Of a stretch of DNA of 64,000 nt, positions 9,542 to 20,614 are shown piece by piece. Origin of the DNA: a virus (lineage: Duplodnaviria; Caudoviricetes); the IMG/VR virus record IMGVR_UViG_3300020156_000447; one strand, 5' to 3'. The notes beneath the pieces were generated by a model that was not told the origin of the DNA, did no database searches, and saw only the letters and a list, made by a program, of their open reading frames with translations. How positions within the stretch are numbered: position 1 is the first letter of the stretch; each line of letters begins with the position of its first letter. Position numbers and translations under genes: made by a program.

Positions 9542-9882
9542 TATTCGTCGTCTCCAACCTCTTCCTTGGCGAGTCGGTCAAGCTCGGCTTCGCGGTCGTC
9601 GCCTTTCGAGGCTTGATCGCGGGAGACGTCAAGAATCTCGATGATGTCGAGAGAGCAGGATTCCGTTTTCTTGCCTTTGTAGGTCTCCTTCGACTCGCGG
9701 ACTTTCTTGAACCGAACGGTGATAGTCCCTTCGTCGGGGAAATCCGGAAGGTCTTTCACCCCGTCGATATAGAGCGAGGGGTAGTGAACTTCGGGCTCCT
9801 TATCCTTCGAGGCGGTGGGAGGACACGGAGCGCAAACTTCAAGGGACGTATCCCACTTTCGGCCAAGATTAATAGGGTCCAT
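9541..9882 (-). CDS. Hypothetical acidic protein
   Basis: Probable ATG at 9882 (MDPINLG); coupled to the downstream gene. Confidence 0.5.
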   Translation of the reverse strand: MDPINLGRKWDTSLEVCAPCPPTASKDKEPEVHYPSLYIDGVKDLPDFPDEGTITVRFKKVRESKETYKGKKTESCSLDIIEILDVSRDQASKGDDREAELDRLAKEEVGDDE

Positions 9883-9931
9883 AAAAAACAATCTCTCCCT
9901 GTAATATGGAAAGTGCGTCAACCGGTCGGGA

Positions 9932-11107
9932 TTAGGAGGAAGCGTAAATGCGAATGGCGTGAGCGCGGCTGCTGACGTTGGTCAACGGAGGATTGGTTCC
10001 TTCGCGGATGTCCCCGGTCCCTGCATTGCCACACAAAATGCGGTAGAAGTTGGAACCGTTCACAGTGGAGGAACCGTAGCCAAACCAGTATGGTGTGCCG
10101 GATGTCAAAGCAACCCCGCTGAACTCAAAGGCATACCAGTCCCCACTGGTGGAGGTCGTAATCCCGCTCCCGTCAACGGTGTTGGTGCTCGTCGCCAGTA
10201 TCGTGCCCGGAACGCCCGCGTTATCCGCCCAAACGAAACCTGTAATTGTCCCTGAGGGAGTGCCATTTGCATAAATCAGCCCCTCCACCTTTTCGAGGAT
10301 GTAGCTGCTGGCTGGTGTGAACTTTGAAGCTTTGTATTGCGTTCCCGAAGAACCCAGGTTGCTGGTGGCTGCTGTGCCTCCGTAGGTTTCGCGGATCATG
10401 CTCATCGGCGTCCCCATAGCGGCGAGAGCGGACACCTCCGCACTGTTCAGAGCGCGGATATAGACTCGCGCATCGTCCAATCGCCCGTTCCAATAGCGGT
10501 TGTTGTCGTTATTTGAGCGCACCCCGAGGGAAACCTGCGAGGCCGTGTCCCTCATTGCGGCGACTTGCGTTTGCGAATCCACCTCCACACCGTTTATGTA
10601 AAGCGAAGCAGGATTGCCATTCCCGCGCTGGACAACGACAACGTGGGACCATGTGTTCACGGGCAATGATGGGCCAGTAAGGACAACGGCGTTCACCGCC
10701 GACGCATCGTGGCAAAAATAGGTAAGCGCCGTTGAGGTGTTGCTGAGCGCCCACTCTGCAGTCCCTGCCGTGAATCCAGCAGAGTTTCTCTTGATAATCA
10801 GGGACCGACCATTCCCATCAACCGTTTCGGGGAACGCCCAAATCGAGATCGTAAACACGTCAGAATAAAACCAATCGTTGGCTCGAAAATACTGCGAAGA
10901 AGCAGCGACGAGCTTGGCATGATGGGTCCCAACTCGCCCAGGGGTTTCGAAGGTTGGGCTGACGGTCCCAGTTGCAAGCGTCCTTCCACCTCCTGAAGAG
11001 TCACTGAGCGTATTGTCCAACGTCCAATGCGCCGTCAAATTGCTGACCAGATCGATAGAAGCCGACGTTCGCCGTCGCGACCCGCTTACTACGCTGAAAA
11101 AACTCAT
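9932..11107 (-). CDS. LamG/concanavalin A-like domain virion protein
   Basis: [52 protein letters not shown]. Confidence 0.85.
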   Translation of the reverse strand: MSFFSVVSGSRRRTSASIDLVSNLTAHWTLDNTLSDSSGGGRTLATGTVSPTFETPGRVGTHHAKLVAASSQYFRANDWFYSDVFTISIWAFPETVDGNGRSLIIKRNSAGFTAGTAEWALSNTSTALTYFCHDASAVNAVVLTGPSLPVNTWSHVVVVQRGNGNPASLYINGVEVDSQTQVAAMRDTASQVSLGVRSNNDNNRYWNGRLDDARVYIRALNSAEVSALAAMGTPMSMIRETYGGTAATSNLGSSGTQYKASKFTPASSYILEKVEGLIYANGTPSGTITGFVWADNAGVPGTILATSTNTVDGSGITTSTSGDWYAFEFSGVALTSGTPYWFGYGSSTVNGSNFYRILCGNAGTGDIREGTNPPLTNVSSRAHAIRIYASS

Positions 11108-13620
11108 TCAGTGTCTCCTGTTAGCGTCCAAACGTCGGTGCTCACCCTCTTGAGTCCGATGACGGAATACCGAGCTCGGCTTTTCAGCGTCGAGGACGTG
11201 TTCACCGTCGCTCCACTGCCCGCGGCCACTGTAACCTGGCCAGTCCCGTTCTGCTCGATCATGATTTCTGTCCCGACCGGCCATGCGACGGAGGATTGCT
11301 GCGGCACAGTGATTGTCACAGCCGAGGCATTCGTGCAGAGGATATACTTGCCGGTGTCCGATAGTTGCAGCGTCCGAGAGGTGGTGCTTTCAGTCACCAA
11401 CGGTGCGCCAGTGTATCCGCCGGTGGCAGTCAACGTGCCGATAACCGTCGTGCTACCGCTCAGCGTGATCGTGTCCGTCGAAACCAAAGACAACGAACCC
11501 GAAGTATCAATAGACATTGACGCCAACGGGGTTCCGTCAGCGTTCATCAGGCCGATCCAAGGCTCGGCCCCAGGCGTGGCCGTGTCTCCAAGGACGTGGA
11601 CAGGCCCTTGAATCACTCCTCCAGATGCACTGTTCCCCGACCAGTCGAGAAAAGGGTATTCGATAAAACCGTCTACGAAGCTGCTGAGTGTCGCCGACGT
11701 GTCCCCGTTCACCACTTGCAACGGACCTGTTACGTGGCCCCCCAAGCTGAAGTTTCCTGCTGCGTCAACATTGCCGGACGAGTCTACTGAGAACACTCCT
11801 TCGCCGAACCGAAGGGTGTTGTCGACCCCGACGCGAAATCGTCCAATGGAATCGTTGCTGCCGAACTGGAAGGTTCCGTTCGCATTGATGAACCAAGAAG
11901 TTCCATCGACTCCAGTAGGAGAGGTGAGACTCGTCGCGGTGACTGCTCCAGCAGTCAATGATCCACCAACCACTTCGACATTCCCGGTCGAAAAAGGGAT
12001 TTTCAAACCCTTGTTTTGATTACCGATGAAAATGTCTTTAAAGGTGGACACGGGGTTCGTATTCCCGTTTCCGATGATGAGCGCATACCCAGGCGAAACA
12101 GACGTGTTATCCCGACCGATCACAGTCGTGCCGTCTGCCCCCGGGTCCAGATAGTTATCCCGACCGCCAATGATCGTGCAGTTAGATGCCCCCTGAATAT
12201 GATTCCCAATCCCACCGAGAATTATCGAGGAAGTTTCACCGACGACCCCGTCGATCTCGTTGTCTACACCGCCGACGATGATAGATGCGTCGAGTTCTCC
12301 TCCGATGGTATTGTTGGTCCCCCCAAGAATGGCGCAGAATGTCGCTGATATAAAATCGAGGACGTTTGTCGGGTTCCCGCACAGGAAATTGGACGAGGTC
12401 ACACCATACCGAAGACTCGTGTTGGTAAGGCGGCCGGTAGACGTCGCAACGGGAACACACTCAGTGCTGAGCGCCGCGTCGTTGAGCGTGACTTCCTTCC
12501 GGGCAGCTCCGGTCGTGATGGTCGTGTATAACTTATCCGTCAGGAACTCGACGGCACCCGCTTCCGGCGTCGTCATGAGAGCGCCGGTTGTAAATTTGAG
12601 CGGGGCCGTAGTTGCAGCAGCGGACCCCGCCGCCAGGTGCAGTTTCGCGGTCGGGGTTCCGATACCGCACCCGACGCGGCCCGCAAAATAGTTGTAATCG
12701 TCGGCCCCCTGGCAGTATATCCCGTAACCAGTGGTCACGCCGGGCACCGTCTGAGTGTTAATCTGCAGTCCGCGCGCGGTGCCGATGGTTGCTGATCCAC
12801 TAATTAAAGGGGTTTCCGCAAGTAATCCGAGACCGAAATTGATCGGCCCCGTCCCGGTATTGAGAACTCGTCCGACGCATCCGATTGCCGTTGTCACCGT
12901 GCCCGATCCCTTGTTCTGGGCCTGGCCTAGAAGACCGATGACTCCCTGCGAATTCACATTGAAGGCCCCATCTTTTTCGGCACGGGCAAGACCGCCAATG
13001 AGTTGTCCTATTGTATCCGCGGTTGGGTTGAAAACCAGAACGGAGTTGAACCCATATGCAGTGCCGGTAACAGTGCCGCGCAAAGCTAACGGACCCCCAG
13101 TCGGCGCGCCACCGATCCCAACCCAGCCATTGATCGAATCAAACTGCAGCGAGGAACTTCCCCCGACCCCACCGCTAGCCGAAAAATGAATAAAACCCGC
13201 GGCAGGCAATGGCAGACTCAGGTTTCCCGAGCTCACGTTCAAAGGAGCTGTAACGCTCGTGACGTAGCCTCCGCCACCTCCGCCTTCTCCGGGAGGTCCT
13301 TGTGGCCCTTCAGGTCCCTCCGGACCCACAAGCGACTGAAGCCACTCTGCCTCTGTGCCGACAAAACCGTTCGCGACAGCGACCTCGTAGGCCGAAGCGC
13401 CGTCATCTCCTGCTGGGCCGCTCGGACCTTGGGGTCCGACCGGTCCCGATGGTCCTTGAGGGCCGACTGGTCCTTGCGGTCCGGGCGGGCCGCCGTGGGG
13501 GCCTTGGGGGCCTGCAGGACCTTGTGGACCTTGCGGGCCTGCAGGTCCAGGAGGGCCGAGAACCAACCGCTCATCGGTTTGCCGGAACAAGGGGGTAGAC
13601 TTACAAATTCGCTCCTTCAT
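11104..13620 (-). CDS. Tail fibre with collagen-like N-terminus
   Basis: (GPx)n repeats, [25 protein letters not shown] motif, GGxxN beta-helix-like repeats, C-terminal [13 protein letters not shown]...W.LTGD domain. Confidence 0.8.
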   Translation of the reverse strand: MKERICKSTPLFRQTDERLVLGPPGPAGPQGPQGPAGPQGPHGGPPGPQGPVGPQGPSGPVGPQGPSGPAGDDGASAYEVAVANGFVGTEAEWLQSLVGPEGPEGPQGPPGEGGGGGGYVTSVTAPLNVSSGNLSLPLPAAGFIHFSASGGVGGSSSLQFDSINGWVGIGGAPTGGPLALRGTVTGTAYGFNSVLVFNPTADTIGQLIGGLARAEKDGAFNVNSQGVIGLLGQAQNKGSGTVTTAIGCVGRVLNTGTGPINFGLGLLAETPLISGSATIGTARGLQINTQTVPGVTTGYGIYCQGADDYNYFAGRVGCGIGTPTAKLHLAAGSAAATTAPLKFTTGALMTTPEAGAVEFLTDKLYTTITTGAARKEVTLNDAALSTECVPVATSTGRLTNTSLRYGVTSSNFLCGNPTNVLDFISATFCAILGGTNNTIGGELDASIIVGGVDNEIDGVVGETSSIILGGIGNHIQGASNCTIIGGRDNYLDPGADGTTVIGRDNTSVSPGYALIIGNGNTNPVSTFKDIFIGNQNKGLKIPFSTGNVEVVGGSLTAGAVTATSLTSPTGVDGTSWFINANGTFQFGSNDSIGRFRVGVDNTLRFGEGVFSVDSSGNVDAAGNFSLGGHVTGPLQVVNGDTSATLSSFVDGFIEYPFLDWSGNSASGGVIQGPVHVLGDTATPGAEPWIGLMNADGTPLASMSIDTSGSLSLVSTDTITLSGSTTVIGTLTATGGYTGAPLVTESTTSRTLQLSDTGKYILCTNASAVTITVPQQSSVAWPVGTEIMIEQNGTGQVTVAAGSGATVNTSSTLKSRARYSVIGLKRVSTDVWTLTGDTE

Positions 13621-13625
13621 AACAC

Positions 13626-14807
13626 TTACGCACTGGCAGGTCCGAACAACTGGAGTTCCAGAACATCTAACGGCGACCCAGGAAAATACAGGCGATAGAA
13701 CAGGTAACTGCCTGGCGCGGGAATTGGTAGGGGGTTATCATTAATTGGAAACCCTCCATGGGGGCTAGAGAAGTTCACGAGATCGATCCAATTTTCACCA
13801 TCGTTTGACGCCTGCAGGATACATTGTCTCCCCGCGGGTCCGTGGAGCGCGCAATTATAATGCGTTGCCAGCGTAGGTGCGAAAAATTGATACTGCAGCC
13901 ATTGCTGGGTCGGAACTTCTGCGGGGCCGCCAATGGGTCGGGGTCCGTCGTGCTGCCACGACGAAACGAAAGTATCAACGGCGGCATAGGCCCGGGTGTT
14001 AAAAATTGGAAGCTCGGAGCTGGCGGAGACAATTCCTTTTGTCCCTGTGTAGTTCGCGGTGTATGGGTCGACGACAACCGGGAGGTGAGGGACGATTAGT
14101 GGCACGAGTTCGGTAATGGGCAGAACCCCCGAAACCTCGGCCGAGGCTCGCTCGCCGCAATGGCGAAGCTCCGCTACGACGTAGTAATAAGTATCCCCTG
14201 CAATAACGTCCGAATCTTCAAATGGCCCGTGTCCGTCCGCCAGGACTTCATACGGACCTCCTGCGGCAGACGAACGATACAAACGAAACGACTTCGACCC
14301 GTCAAACGAGGGACTAGCAATCAATAGATAACCATCTCCCGCTGTAACTGTAACAGTCAAAGACCAACTCGCGGGGAAGCATTGAGGAGTCCCTGAACCA
14401 GAACCCGAGCCAACGGGATTACTCTCCCCGCAAGGCTGCACGGCTGAAACTTGGTAGTGGTAGGTAACCCCAAATTCGACATCTTCATCGACGAATTGCC
14501 CGGCAGGAAGCTGGACAGCCTCCGCAATAAGCGTGAATGGACCTTCTGGCGAGGTGGACCTGTAAATATTGAAACGAAAGTTGTATCGATACGCCGAAAA
14601 GTAGGAACTCGACACCACAAGTGAGTCAACTTCTTCTGTCACGCTGAAGGGGACTGCAAAACCTTCAGGGAAGCATGGGGTCGGCCGGATTACTGGGTTG
14701 TCACAAAAGCCAGCGCCTGCATCGGACAGCGTGCGAGAACGGCGGGAAACGGGGTCTCCGCTTTCCGCCTGCTTCTTTGCAAACGCTAATCCAGTGCAAT
14801 TACTCAT
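13626..14807 (-). CDS. Virion protein with two Fn3-like domains and a C-terminal F5/8 (discoidin)-like domain
   Basis: [13 protein letters not shown]...[21 protein letters not shown]...YYYVVA, QWLQYQF...[10 protein letters not shown]...YLFYRL. Confidence 0.7.
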   Translation of the reverse strand: MSNCTGLAFAKKQAESGDPVSRRSRTLSDAGAGFCDNPVIRPTPCFPEGFAVPFSVTEEVDSLVVSSSYFSAYRYNFRFNIYRSTSPEGPFTLIAEAVQLPAGQFVDEDVEFGVTYHYQVSAVQPCGESNPVGSGSGSGTPQCFPASWSLTVTVTAGDGYLLIASPSFDGSKSFRLYRSSAAGGPYEVLADGHGPFEDSDVIAGDTYYYVVAELRHCGERASAEVSGVLPITELVPLIVPHLPVVVDPYTANYTGTKGIVSASSELPIFNTRAYAAVDTFVSSWQHDGPRPIGGPAEVPTQQWLQYQFFAPTLATHYNCALHGPAGRQCILQASNDGENWIDLVNFSSPHGGFPINDNPLPIPAPGSYLFYRLYFPGSPLDVLELQLFGPASA

Positions 14808-16024
14808 GCGCTGGTAATCTCAACCACAATCCGACCGTTTCCTCCGTCGCCCCCTTCGGCACCATCTCCCGTCCCGGCTCCGGGACCGCCCGCCCCGCCG
14901 CCTCCTGGCGTCTCGCCGTCATTGCCGCTGAAACCGCCGACGCCTTCACGGGCACAATGCCCCCCGCGCTCAACCGACCCGGCAAAACCGACCAACCGAA
15001 GAGTCGCGGTTCCTGCGCCGCCCGTTCCGCCCGCGCCGACTGCGCCGTCAACGGCATTGCCGCCACCCTTGCCGCCCTTGGCTTCGAGGAAAGTCGTGAA
15101 CGTGTCAGAGAACTGACTGGCTCCGCCGTCGCTGCCATCTGCTTCGGAGTCACCGCCGGTGCCGCCCGTGCCCCCCGAACCAACGACGCAGTGATAAGTG
15201 GTCCCTGGCGTGACTGTCACTTGACGCTCTGCGTATTCGCCGCCGCCTCCCCCGAAACCGTTGCCGCCACCGTTTGCAGTTGACGCGCCGCCGCCCCCGC
15301 CGCCACCAGCGCCAAAGGTTTTGACACGGACCTGGGTCACCCCGGTTGGGCATACCCAGTAATGGGTGCCCGCCTTAGTGAAATTCCAAAACCGAGCTGG
15401 TTCCGATCCAGGAGGTCCTTGAGGGCCGACTGCTCCCGCGGGACCGACCGCCCCAGCAGGACCGGCGGGACCGACAGGACCTTGAGGACCCGCAGGACCC
15501 TGCTCGCCTTGAGGGCCAGCAGCTTCAGGAGCCCCTGAAGGCAAGATTTTCACTCCCGCGGGAACTGTAACAGCCGCGCTGAGGTTGTGCGGGGGCGCGT
15601 AGAGGTTGCGTAGAGTAATCACCGATCCGGCGATAGTGACAACGGTGTAAAAGCCTCCTGTCGAACCCCACACATATTGGCCTACTGCAAAAGGGTCCGG
15701 GTTGGTAACGCCGACCTCAACGTCGCCGCCGATCTCCGGCTGGACAAAGGACTCGGTAGTCAGCGCGAAGGCATCCTTACCTGTTACGGTGATGCCCTCT
15801 TCGAGCAGCCTCATGAGATAACAGGCAACACCCTCACCGGGTAACCGCGGAGTCTCTGGTAAACCTTCCTCCAAGCTGCACGGGAGTTCCCACGTTACAG
15901 TGCCGTCTTCGCCAGCGACCTTGTTCAAGGTGCCGAAAAAGTGGAGAATGAAATTCTCAATCGCCGATGGAAGCGTCTCCGCCTCAGGCGTGTTGTCTGG
16001 ACAAGTGCTATCCGGGCAGCTCAT
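14804..16024 (-). CDS. Collagen-like plus glycine-rich fibre protein
   Basis: GPQGEQGPAGPQ repeats, then WVCPTGVTQVRVKTFGAGGGGGGG glycine-rich domain. Confidence 0.75.
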   Translation of the reverse strand: MSCPDSTCPDNTPEAETLPSAIENFILHFFGTLNKVAGEDGTVTWELPCSLEEGLPETPRLPGEGVACYLMRLLEEGITVTGKDAFALTTESFVQPEIGGDVEVGVTNPDPFAVGQYVWGSTGGFYTVVTIAGSVITLRNLYAPPHNLSAAVTVPAGVKILPSGAPEAAGPQGEQGPAGPQGPVGPAGPAGAVGPAGAVGPQGPPGSEPARFWNFTKAGTHYWVCPTGVTQVRVKTFGAGGGGGGGASTANGGGNGFGGGGGEYAERQVTVTPGTTYHCVVGSGGTGGTGGDSEADGSDGGASQFSDTFTTFLEAKGGKGGGNAVDGAVGAGGTGGAGTATLRLVGFAGSVERGGHCAREGVGGFSGNDGETPGGGGAGGPGAGTGDGAEGGDGGNGRIVVEITSA

Positions 16025-16028
16025 AAAA

Positions 16029-16772
16029 TTAGTGGATTGTCAAACGCTCAACCAGCGCCTGCGTGTCGCGAGACTGTGCTTCCACGTGCGCGCGACTGAA
16101 TAACTCTTTCACCTTCGACTTGATTTGGTCGTCCAAATCACTCTCGGCGAGATATTCCTTAAACCATTCCCCCCCTTCAGTTACTTCCGCGACCGCCTTA
16201 TTGAGCGCAGTCGACGCCACGCGTCCCACCACATTCGTTCCGAGGCCGACAACCGGATTGACGAGGCCGTAAAGCTTAAGACCAACCCACAGTAGAGCCA
16301 GCCCCCCGAGCAGCACCGCCAGCATGGAAAAATACCCGACCTGGAAAACCCCGGTTCCCTCGATCTTCTTACCCGCATTCGAGTTATTGTCCGCCTTGAA
16401 GCTGTCGACGCGACGATTCAGGGACGCGACTGAGGAATCGAGTTTGGCGGCCAGATTGGTAGCAGTCCCTCCCCAGGGCTTTGCAGGAGGTCCCACACTG
16501 AGCGCTACCGCCTCGGTCAAAACCGCCACGTCCTTTGCAGGAGAAACAACTGACTCCGGCACATGATTCGACACTGCGGCGAGCAAGACCTGCTCAGCCT
16601 TCACCGCGGCCATGGCGGCTGCCTGTCGTTGGGTCTCTTTCTCGGACAACTTTGCTTCCGGAAAAGTGGCAACCTTGTCCTGAAAGAACTCAACCTTCTT
16701 CGGCAAAAGCACGCTGCACCCGCTGGTAAAAACGAGTGCGACCGCAACAAACAACGCGTATAGATTCGTCAT
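16029..16772 (-). CDS. Lipoprotein with internal TM helix; spanin-like candidate
   Basis: ATG 16772 (MTNLYALFVAVALVFTSGC, lipobox), coiled-coil, TM YFSMLAVLLGGLALLWVGLKLYGLV; ATGA overlap with holin-like gene. Confidence 0.55.
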   Translation of the reverse strand: MTNLYALFVAVALVFTSGCSVLLPKKVEFFQDKVATFPEAKLSEKETQRQAAAMAAVKAEQVLLAAVSNHVPESVVSPAKDVAVLTEAVALSVGPPAKPWGGTATNLAAKLDSSVASLNRRVDSFKADNNSNAGKKIEGTGVFQVGYFSMLAVLLGGLALLWVGLKLYGLVNPVVGLGTNVVGRVASTALNKAVAEVTEGGEWFKEYLAESDLDDQIKSKVKELFSRAHVEAQSRDTQALVERLTIH

Positions 16773-17053
16773 TTCGAAAAATAGCTGAACACCCACCCGA
16801 TGACGGCTCCTACTAAACTTCCGATTGTGACCATAGCCTTCCACCCGCCGCGGGCCTTGTTGAGTTCGTCTTCCAACGAACGGACACGCTGCTCCAGCAG
16901 TTCGAAGGACTCCCGCGAGGGTGCAGTCGCGAGAGTCAGCTTCAAGTCTTGCACAGCCCCGAGGATGGCCTTGATGTCGTCCTTCATTTCCTTCACCGCA
17001 TCCTCAAGGAACTGTGTCCGCGCTTCCAGCGCGGCGATGTTATCTAAGCCCAT
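16769..17053 (-). CDS. Holin-like protein (coiled coil plus C-terminal TM)
   Basis: LEQRVRSLE...GGWKAMVTIGSLVGAVIGWVF architecture. Confidence 0.5.
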   Translation of the reverse strand: MGLDNIAALEARTQFLEDAVKEMKDDIKAILGAVQDLKLTLATAPSRESFELLEQRVRSLEDELNKARGGWKAMVTIGSLVGAVIGWVFSYFSK

Positions 17054-17067
17054 AGGTGCCTACTTTT

Positions 17068-17099
17068 ATATGATGTTTAGGGAAGCAAATGTCACCCGG
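17068..17099 (-). promoter_or_regulatory. Class II promoter variant before holin-like gene
   Basis: CCGG-GTGACA(17095-17090)-17 nt-CATAT(17072-17068). Confidence 0.45.
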
Positions 17100-17101
17100 A
17101 A

Positions 17102-17692
17102 TCAAAGCAGCTTTTCGAAAGTTAGAATGCTGCAGTGAGTTGTGCTGGTCTCAGGGCCGTCCCATTGGATTCGGAGGTCTACCGTCTGTGCCTGGGTGGT
17201 ATTAACAGTCGCGGGCACGATCAAATTACCCAGGAAGATGGTTTGAACCCCATTCTGGGGCGCTAGAGAGATGCCAACAACACATGTTCCACCGGCTCCG
17301 GCGCTCAGGAAGGAGATGTCAACCACGAAGTTCAGAGAGACATTCGCGACGGTGTTAAAACTAACGGAAGCTCCAGCTACCTCCGAGGCCCCAATGTAAA
17401 CCAGGAAGTTCATATCCCCGGTTTCAAGATTGTTGAACTTACAAATGGCGCTTATCCGGTAGCGGCTCCCCGAGACTACCGAATTGGCAGGAATTACCAT
17501 GGACCCTACCCCTGTCGGAACAATGCTCCCGCTGGAAGCCCCCAAGTTCTTGATTGCGGAGGAGGTAAACAATACTCCTCCGCGCTGATTTGAAACCGCA
17601 GAGCTGAGCTTCCGCAGCATGTCATTCACCGAATCGCCAGGGGCATACAACGTCCCGACAATCCGGCGCAAATAATCATTGATAGAGTGCAT
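17102..17692 (-). CDS. Virion-associated beta-sandwich protein
   Basis: 196 aa beta-rich ORF in the structural operon. Confidence 0.5.
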   Translation of the reverse strand: MHSINDYLRRIVGTLYAPGDSVNDMLRKLSSAVSNQRGGVLFTSSAIKNLGASSGSIVPTGVGSMVIPANSVVSGSRYRISAICKFNNLETGDMNFLVYIGASEVAGASVSFNTVANVSLNFVVDISFLSAGAGGTCVVGISLAPQNGVQTIFLGNLIVPATVNTTQAQTVDLRIQWDGPETSTTHCSILTFEKLL

Positions 17693-17716
17693 GAGAAAAA
17701 GCGGGTCGGGTGCGAA

Positions 17717-19120
17717 TTACGGCGCGAGCTGTTTTGACGAAACGGTCGTGCCGTTATACCAGTAACACATGAGCACCCCTGCCACGTTCTTGATGATGTA
17801 GCGAGTTCCAGGCTCCGTCCCAAAGTCCGCCGCGACTGGGACTGCGTTGGGAGCGCCCGTTACTTGCGGGAAAAACGCAAGTGTTTGCCGCGTCGGCGGA
17901 GCTGGGTTGAGGACCGCGAACTTGATGGTTCCCGTGCTGGCCGCGTAGTCGTAGTAAGCGATGAAAATCTCACCACTGTCCGCCAGACAGAGAGCCGATA
18001 CGTAGCCTCCTTCGCCGGTCACTGCAGTGTTGATCTTCAGACCCGTATCCAGCCAGTTTTTGCTGATAGGCAGCGGATTAGGCGTGGTCGGTGAGATCGC
18101 ATTCGTGAGGAAATCACTTGCCATGAGCAGCTTGCCGTCCACGCGGCGACCGTAAAGCACCGTCAGAGCTCCGCCATAGTCAGCTCGGGTAATCACAGGC
18201 ACCGCATTGTCGAAACCGGCTGAAGCGTTGTCCGTGTAGGTCAGGATTGAGCCCTTGAAGCTCCAGTTGAGCCCTGCATCAGTGCTGAGTCCGGTCACGA
18301 GGGTGTTATTCGCGGCGTTACGGGCGAGTAGAAAATATACCTGCTCGTTCAACGGGATGATGAAGTTCTCAGACGCCAGTCCGTTGAGAGTTGCGTTGTT
18401 TACGAGATGCGCCGTCCAAGTCTTGCCGTTGTCCACCGACTTCAGGCAGTAAGCCCTGGAAGTAGTCGACGCAGACTGATTGTAAGCCGCCGCTACCAAG
18501 GTATTGCCGACCTGCTCGACTCGGCCCCAAAGCACGATCAAACCAACGGCACTCTCGAATTGACTGTCAGAGAAGACAAACTCTTCAATCCAATCAATCC
18601 CGTTCCACGACGTGAGACAGGACAGCTTCCGAGTTTCCACGACGTAGGCACCTCCCACCAACTGGCCCTGCTGCAACAAGAGGATAAACTTACCCTCCCG
18701 AGTAATGCCGAACGACTTGTTGTGGAATCGGTTCGCGGCAGAAAAAACCGTCCAGGCCGCGGACCATGTCTTGCCGCCGTCTGTCGACTTCACCATTCTC
18801 GCGTCGAGGGTAGCGGTAGCGGTCTGGCCCATCGTGTTCTCGCCGTATAGGCAATACAGCGTTCCATCCGGATGTGCTGCCAACATGGGGAAACCCATGA
18901 ATGCTTTGTCTTGAGGCAGGCTCGCCTGGATGTTTGGCGTGAAAACACGGCCTCCGGGCCGCACGTCTGGGTGCTGCGCCGCGGACCAGGCCGCGAAGTC
19001 AGATGTTGATACTTGTCGCTCAATACCGGAGCCGCCAGGCCCTGGTTGACCGACCACAATCGCGTCTCCGCTCGCCGGTTGGTCGGCTTGCGGATATTTG
19101 TCCCATCGAAAGTTGCTCAT
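17717..19120 (-). CDS. BNR/Asp-box (sialidase-like beta-propeller) protein
   Basis: Asp boxes KSTDGGKTW, TSWNGIDW, KSVDNGKTW, LSTDAGLNW. Confidence 0.8.
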   Translation of the reverse strand: MSNFRWDKYPQADQPASGDAIVVGQPGPGGSGIERQVSTSDFAAWSAAQHPDVRPGGRVFTPNIQASLPQDKAFMGFPMLAAHPDGTLYCLYGENTMGQTATATLDARMVKSTDGGKTWSAAWTVFSAANRFHNKSFGITREGKFILLLQQGQLVGGAYVVETRKLSCLTSWNGIDWIEEFVFSDSQFESAVGLIVLWGRVEQVGNTLVAAAYNQSASTTSRAYCLKSVDNGKTWTAHLVNNATLNGLASENFIIPLNEQVYFLLARNAANNTLVTGLSTDAGLNWSFKGSILTYTDNASAGFDNAVPVITRADYGGALTVLYGRRVDGKLLMASDFLTNAISPTTPNPLPISKNWLDTGLKINTAVTGEGGYVSALCLADSGEIFIAYYDYAASTGTIKFAVLNPAPPTRQTLAFFPQVTGAPNAVPVAADFGTEPGTRYIIKNVAGVLMCYWYNGTTVSSKQLAP

Positions 19121-19145
19121 AAGAAAATTGAAAACCGCCCGTTCA

Positions 19146-19182
19146 GAAAAAGAGCCGGTCAGCTTTGCATACTGACCGGCTC
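19146..19182 (-). terminator. Intrinsic terminator after major capsid gene
   Basis: 11-bp stem GAGCCGGTCAG/CTGACCGGCTC followed by TTTTCT on the minus strand. Confidence 0.8.
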
Positions 19183-19222
19183 CTACTACCCCCTATTGAC
19201 GAGCCGCCTCGTCAAATTTTAC

Positions 19223-20443
19223 TTAGATCGCCGTCAGACCGAGGTCAGTTGAAGCGCGCTTGTAGATGAACACCATGATGTGCTGCGGGCGCAGGGGCTT
19301 GTAGGCCCTGGTGATCTGGTATTTGTGCCAGCCGAAATCACCCCACGTGTTGGTGTCGTTGTCCTTGACGTAGTGCCATTCCAGTTCCCCCCCATGGAGC
19401 TGCGGAGCGAACTTGAACGTGCCTTCGCCGACATACTGCTCGGGAATCTGGCGCTCGAACGTGCCTTCGGCGAGCAGGATGCCCACTTCGTAGGTCGCGC
19501 TGAGCCAGGCCGGATTCACCTTGGAATACGCGGTCTGCGTGCCTGCGTCGACCACGTTGACAACCGGGTCAATCCAGGTCGGGAGGAACGTGCCACCGTC
19601 GATTGCGTTGAAGCGCATCGGACGTTGGGTAGAGCCGAACGCGATGCCTCGATACGCAGGAGACGTCTCGAAGGAGTAGCCGCTGACGGCTTCCTCGCCG
19701 AGCTTGTAACCACCCTCGGTGAGCGAGAGCAGAACCTTCTCGACGCCGATTTCGTTGCGGAACGCCTCAATGATGTCGTTCGATCCGATGAAACGGAAGT
19801 GGGCCTGGCCCTTACCGCTCGCGGGGAACATTTCACCGAACAGCGCTTCGCGCAGATGGCGAGCACACGCATGCAAAAACTTGAAGCTGAGCTGCGAGTT
19901 AGGCAGCGTCATGCTCTGGAAGGTGTTGCCGATGTCGGTTTCTGAGCCGCCCTTGATGTTGGCAGCGAGGTTCGCTGCAGCGGAGTTCGCAGTGATCTTC
20001 GTGGCAGACTTCAGCACGAGCTGAGCCTGGATGTCCGCGTTGATATACTGCGTGATGAGCTTCTTCAGCGCATCTTCCGCCGTCAGGTAACTGGATTTGA
20101 ACGCACCGAAGCCGAGCTTGACGTTCACCTTGGGACCAGTTCCGCGCTTACCTTGGAGCTGGTAGGTGAAGTCGACCTTGCCGGTTTTCTCAGCAGTGCC
20201 GTTGGTGCCAGCGATGGCCGTCTGGTTCACGAATGTCGGAACCGCGAGCGAGTCGCCGGGAGCAGCGGGCATTTCAACCGCCGAAGTAACCACGTCACCC
20301 TGGCCGGAAGCGAAAGTTCCGCCGCGGAGGACACCGATGAATGGGCTGTTCGCCGCCAGACACTTGGCCACAGCACCCGTAAGCCGATTCGTGTCTTTCT
20401 TCGCGATATTGGAAATCGCACCTGTATCAATCTGATACGCCAT
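19223..20443 (-). CDS. Major capsid protein
   Basis: 406 aa after scaffold; own promoter, SD AAGGAG 9 nt upstream, strong terminator, very biased codon usage. Confidence 0.8.
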   Translation of the reverse strand: MAYQIDTGAISNIAKKDTNRLTGAVAKCLAANSPFIGVLRGGTFASGQGDVVTSAVEMPAAPGDSLAVPTFVNQTAIAGTNGTAEKTGKVDFTYQLQGKRGTGPKVNVKLGFGAFKSSYLTAEDALKKLITQYINADIQAQLVLKSATKITANSAAANLAANIKGGSETDIGNTFQSMTLPNSQLSFKFLHACARHLREALFGEMFPASGKGQAHFRFIGSNDIIEAFRNEIGVEKVLLSLTEGGYKLGEEAVSGYSFETSPAYRGIAFGSTQRPMRFNAIDGGTFLPTWIDPVVNVVDAGTQTAYSKVNPAWLSATYEVGILLAEGTFERQIPEQYVGEGTFKFAPQLHGGELEWHYVKDNDTNTWGDFGWHKYQITRAYKPLRPQHIMVFIYKRASTDLGLTAI

Positions 20444-20608
20444 AACTAACTTCTCCTTGAACTACCGGCGTATTAGCCGGAATGGTTGTTTTGTTTAACT
20501 ACTACGCTGGGATACACACCACAGCGCACTTCAACCCTCCCGGCCACAGAGAGACTTATCAGGCCCGTTCCAACGTGAGCGGCGTCAGAAAATTGTTTTA
20601 GCTCTACA
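20444..20608 (-). ncRNA. Long, probably structured 5' leader of capsid mRNA
   Basis: ~165 nt between promoter and ATG with hairpins CCGGC-TAATAC-GCCGG, CGCTG..CAGCG, GGCC..GGCC. Confidence 0.4.
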
Positions 20609-20614
20609 TAATTA

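Noticed and set aside
9932-19120. Diversity-generating retroelement targeting adhesins
   Set aside because: No reverse transcriptase and no template/variable repeat pair noticed
20530-20570. Hammerhead-like CTGATAAG in the capsid leader
   Set aside because: No matching GAAA and stem II/III arrangement
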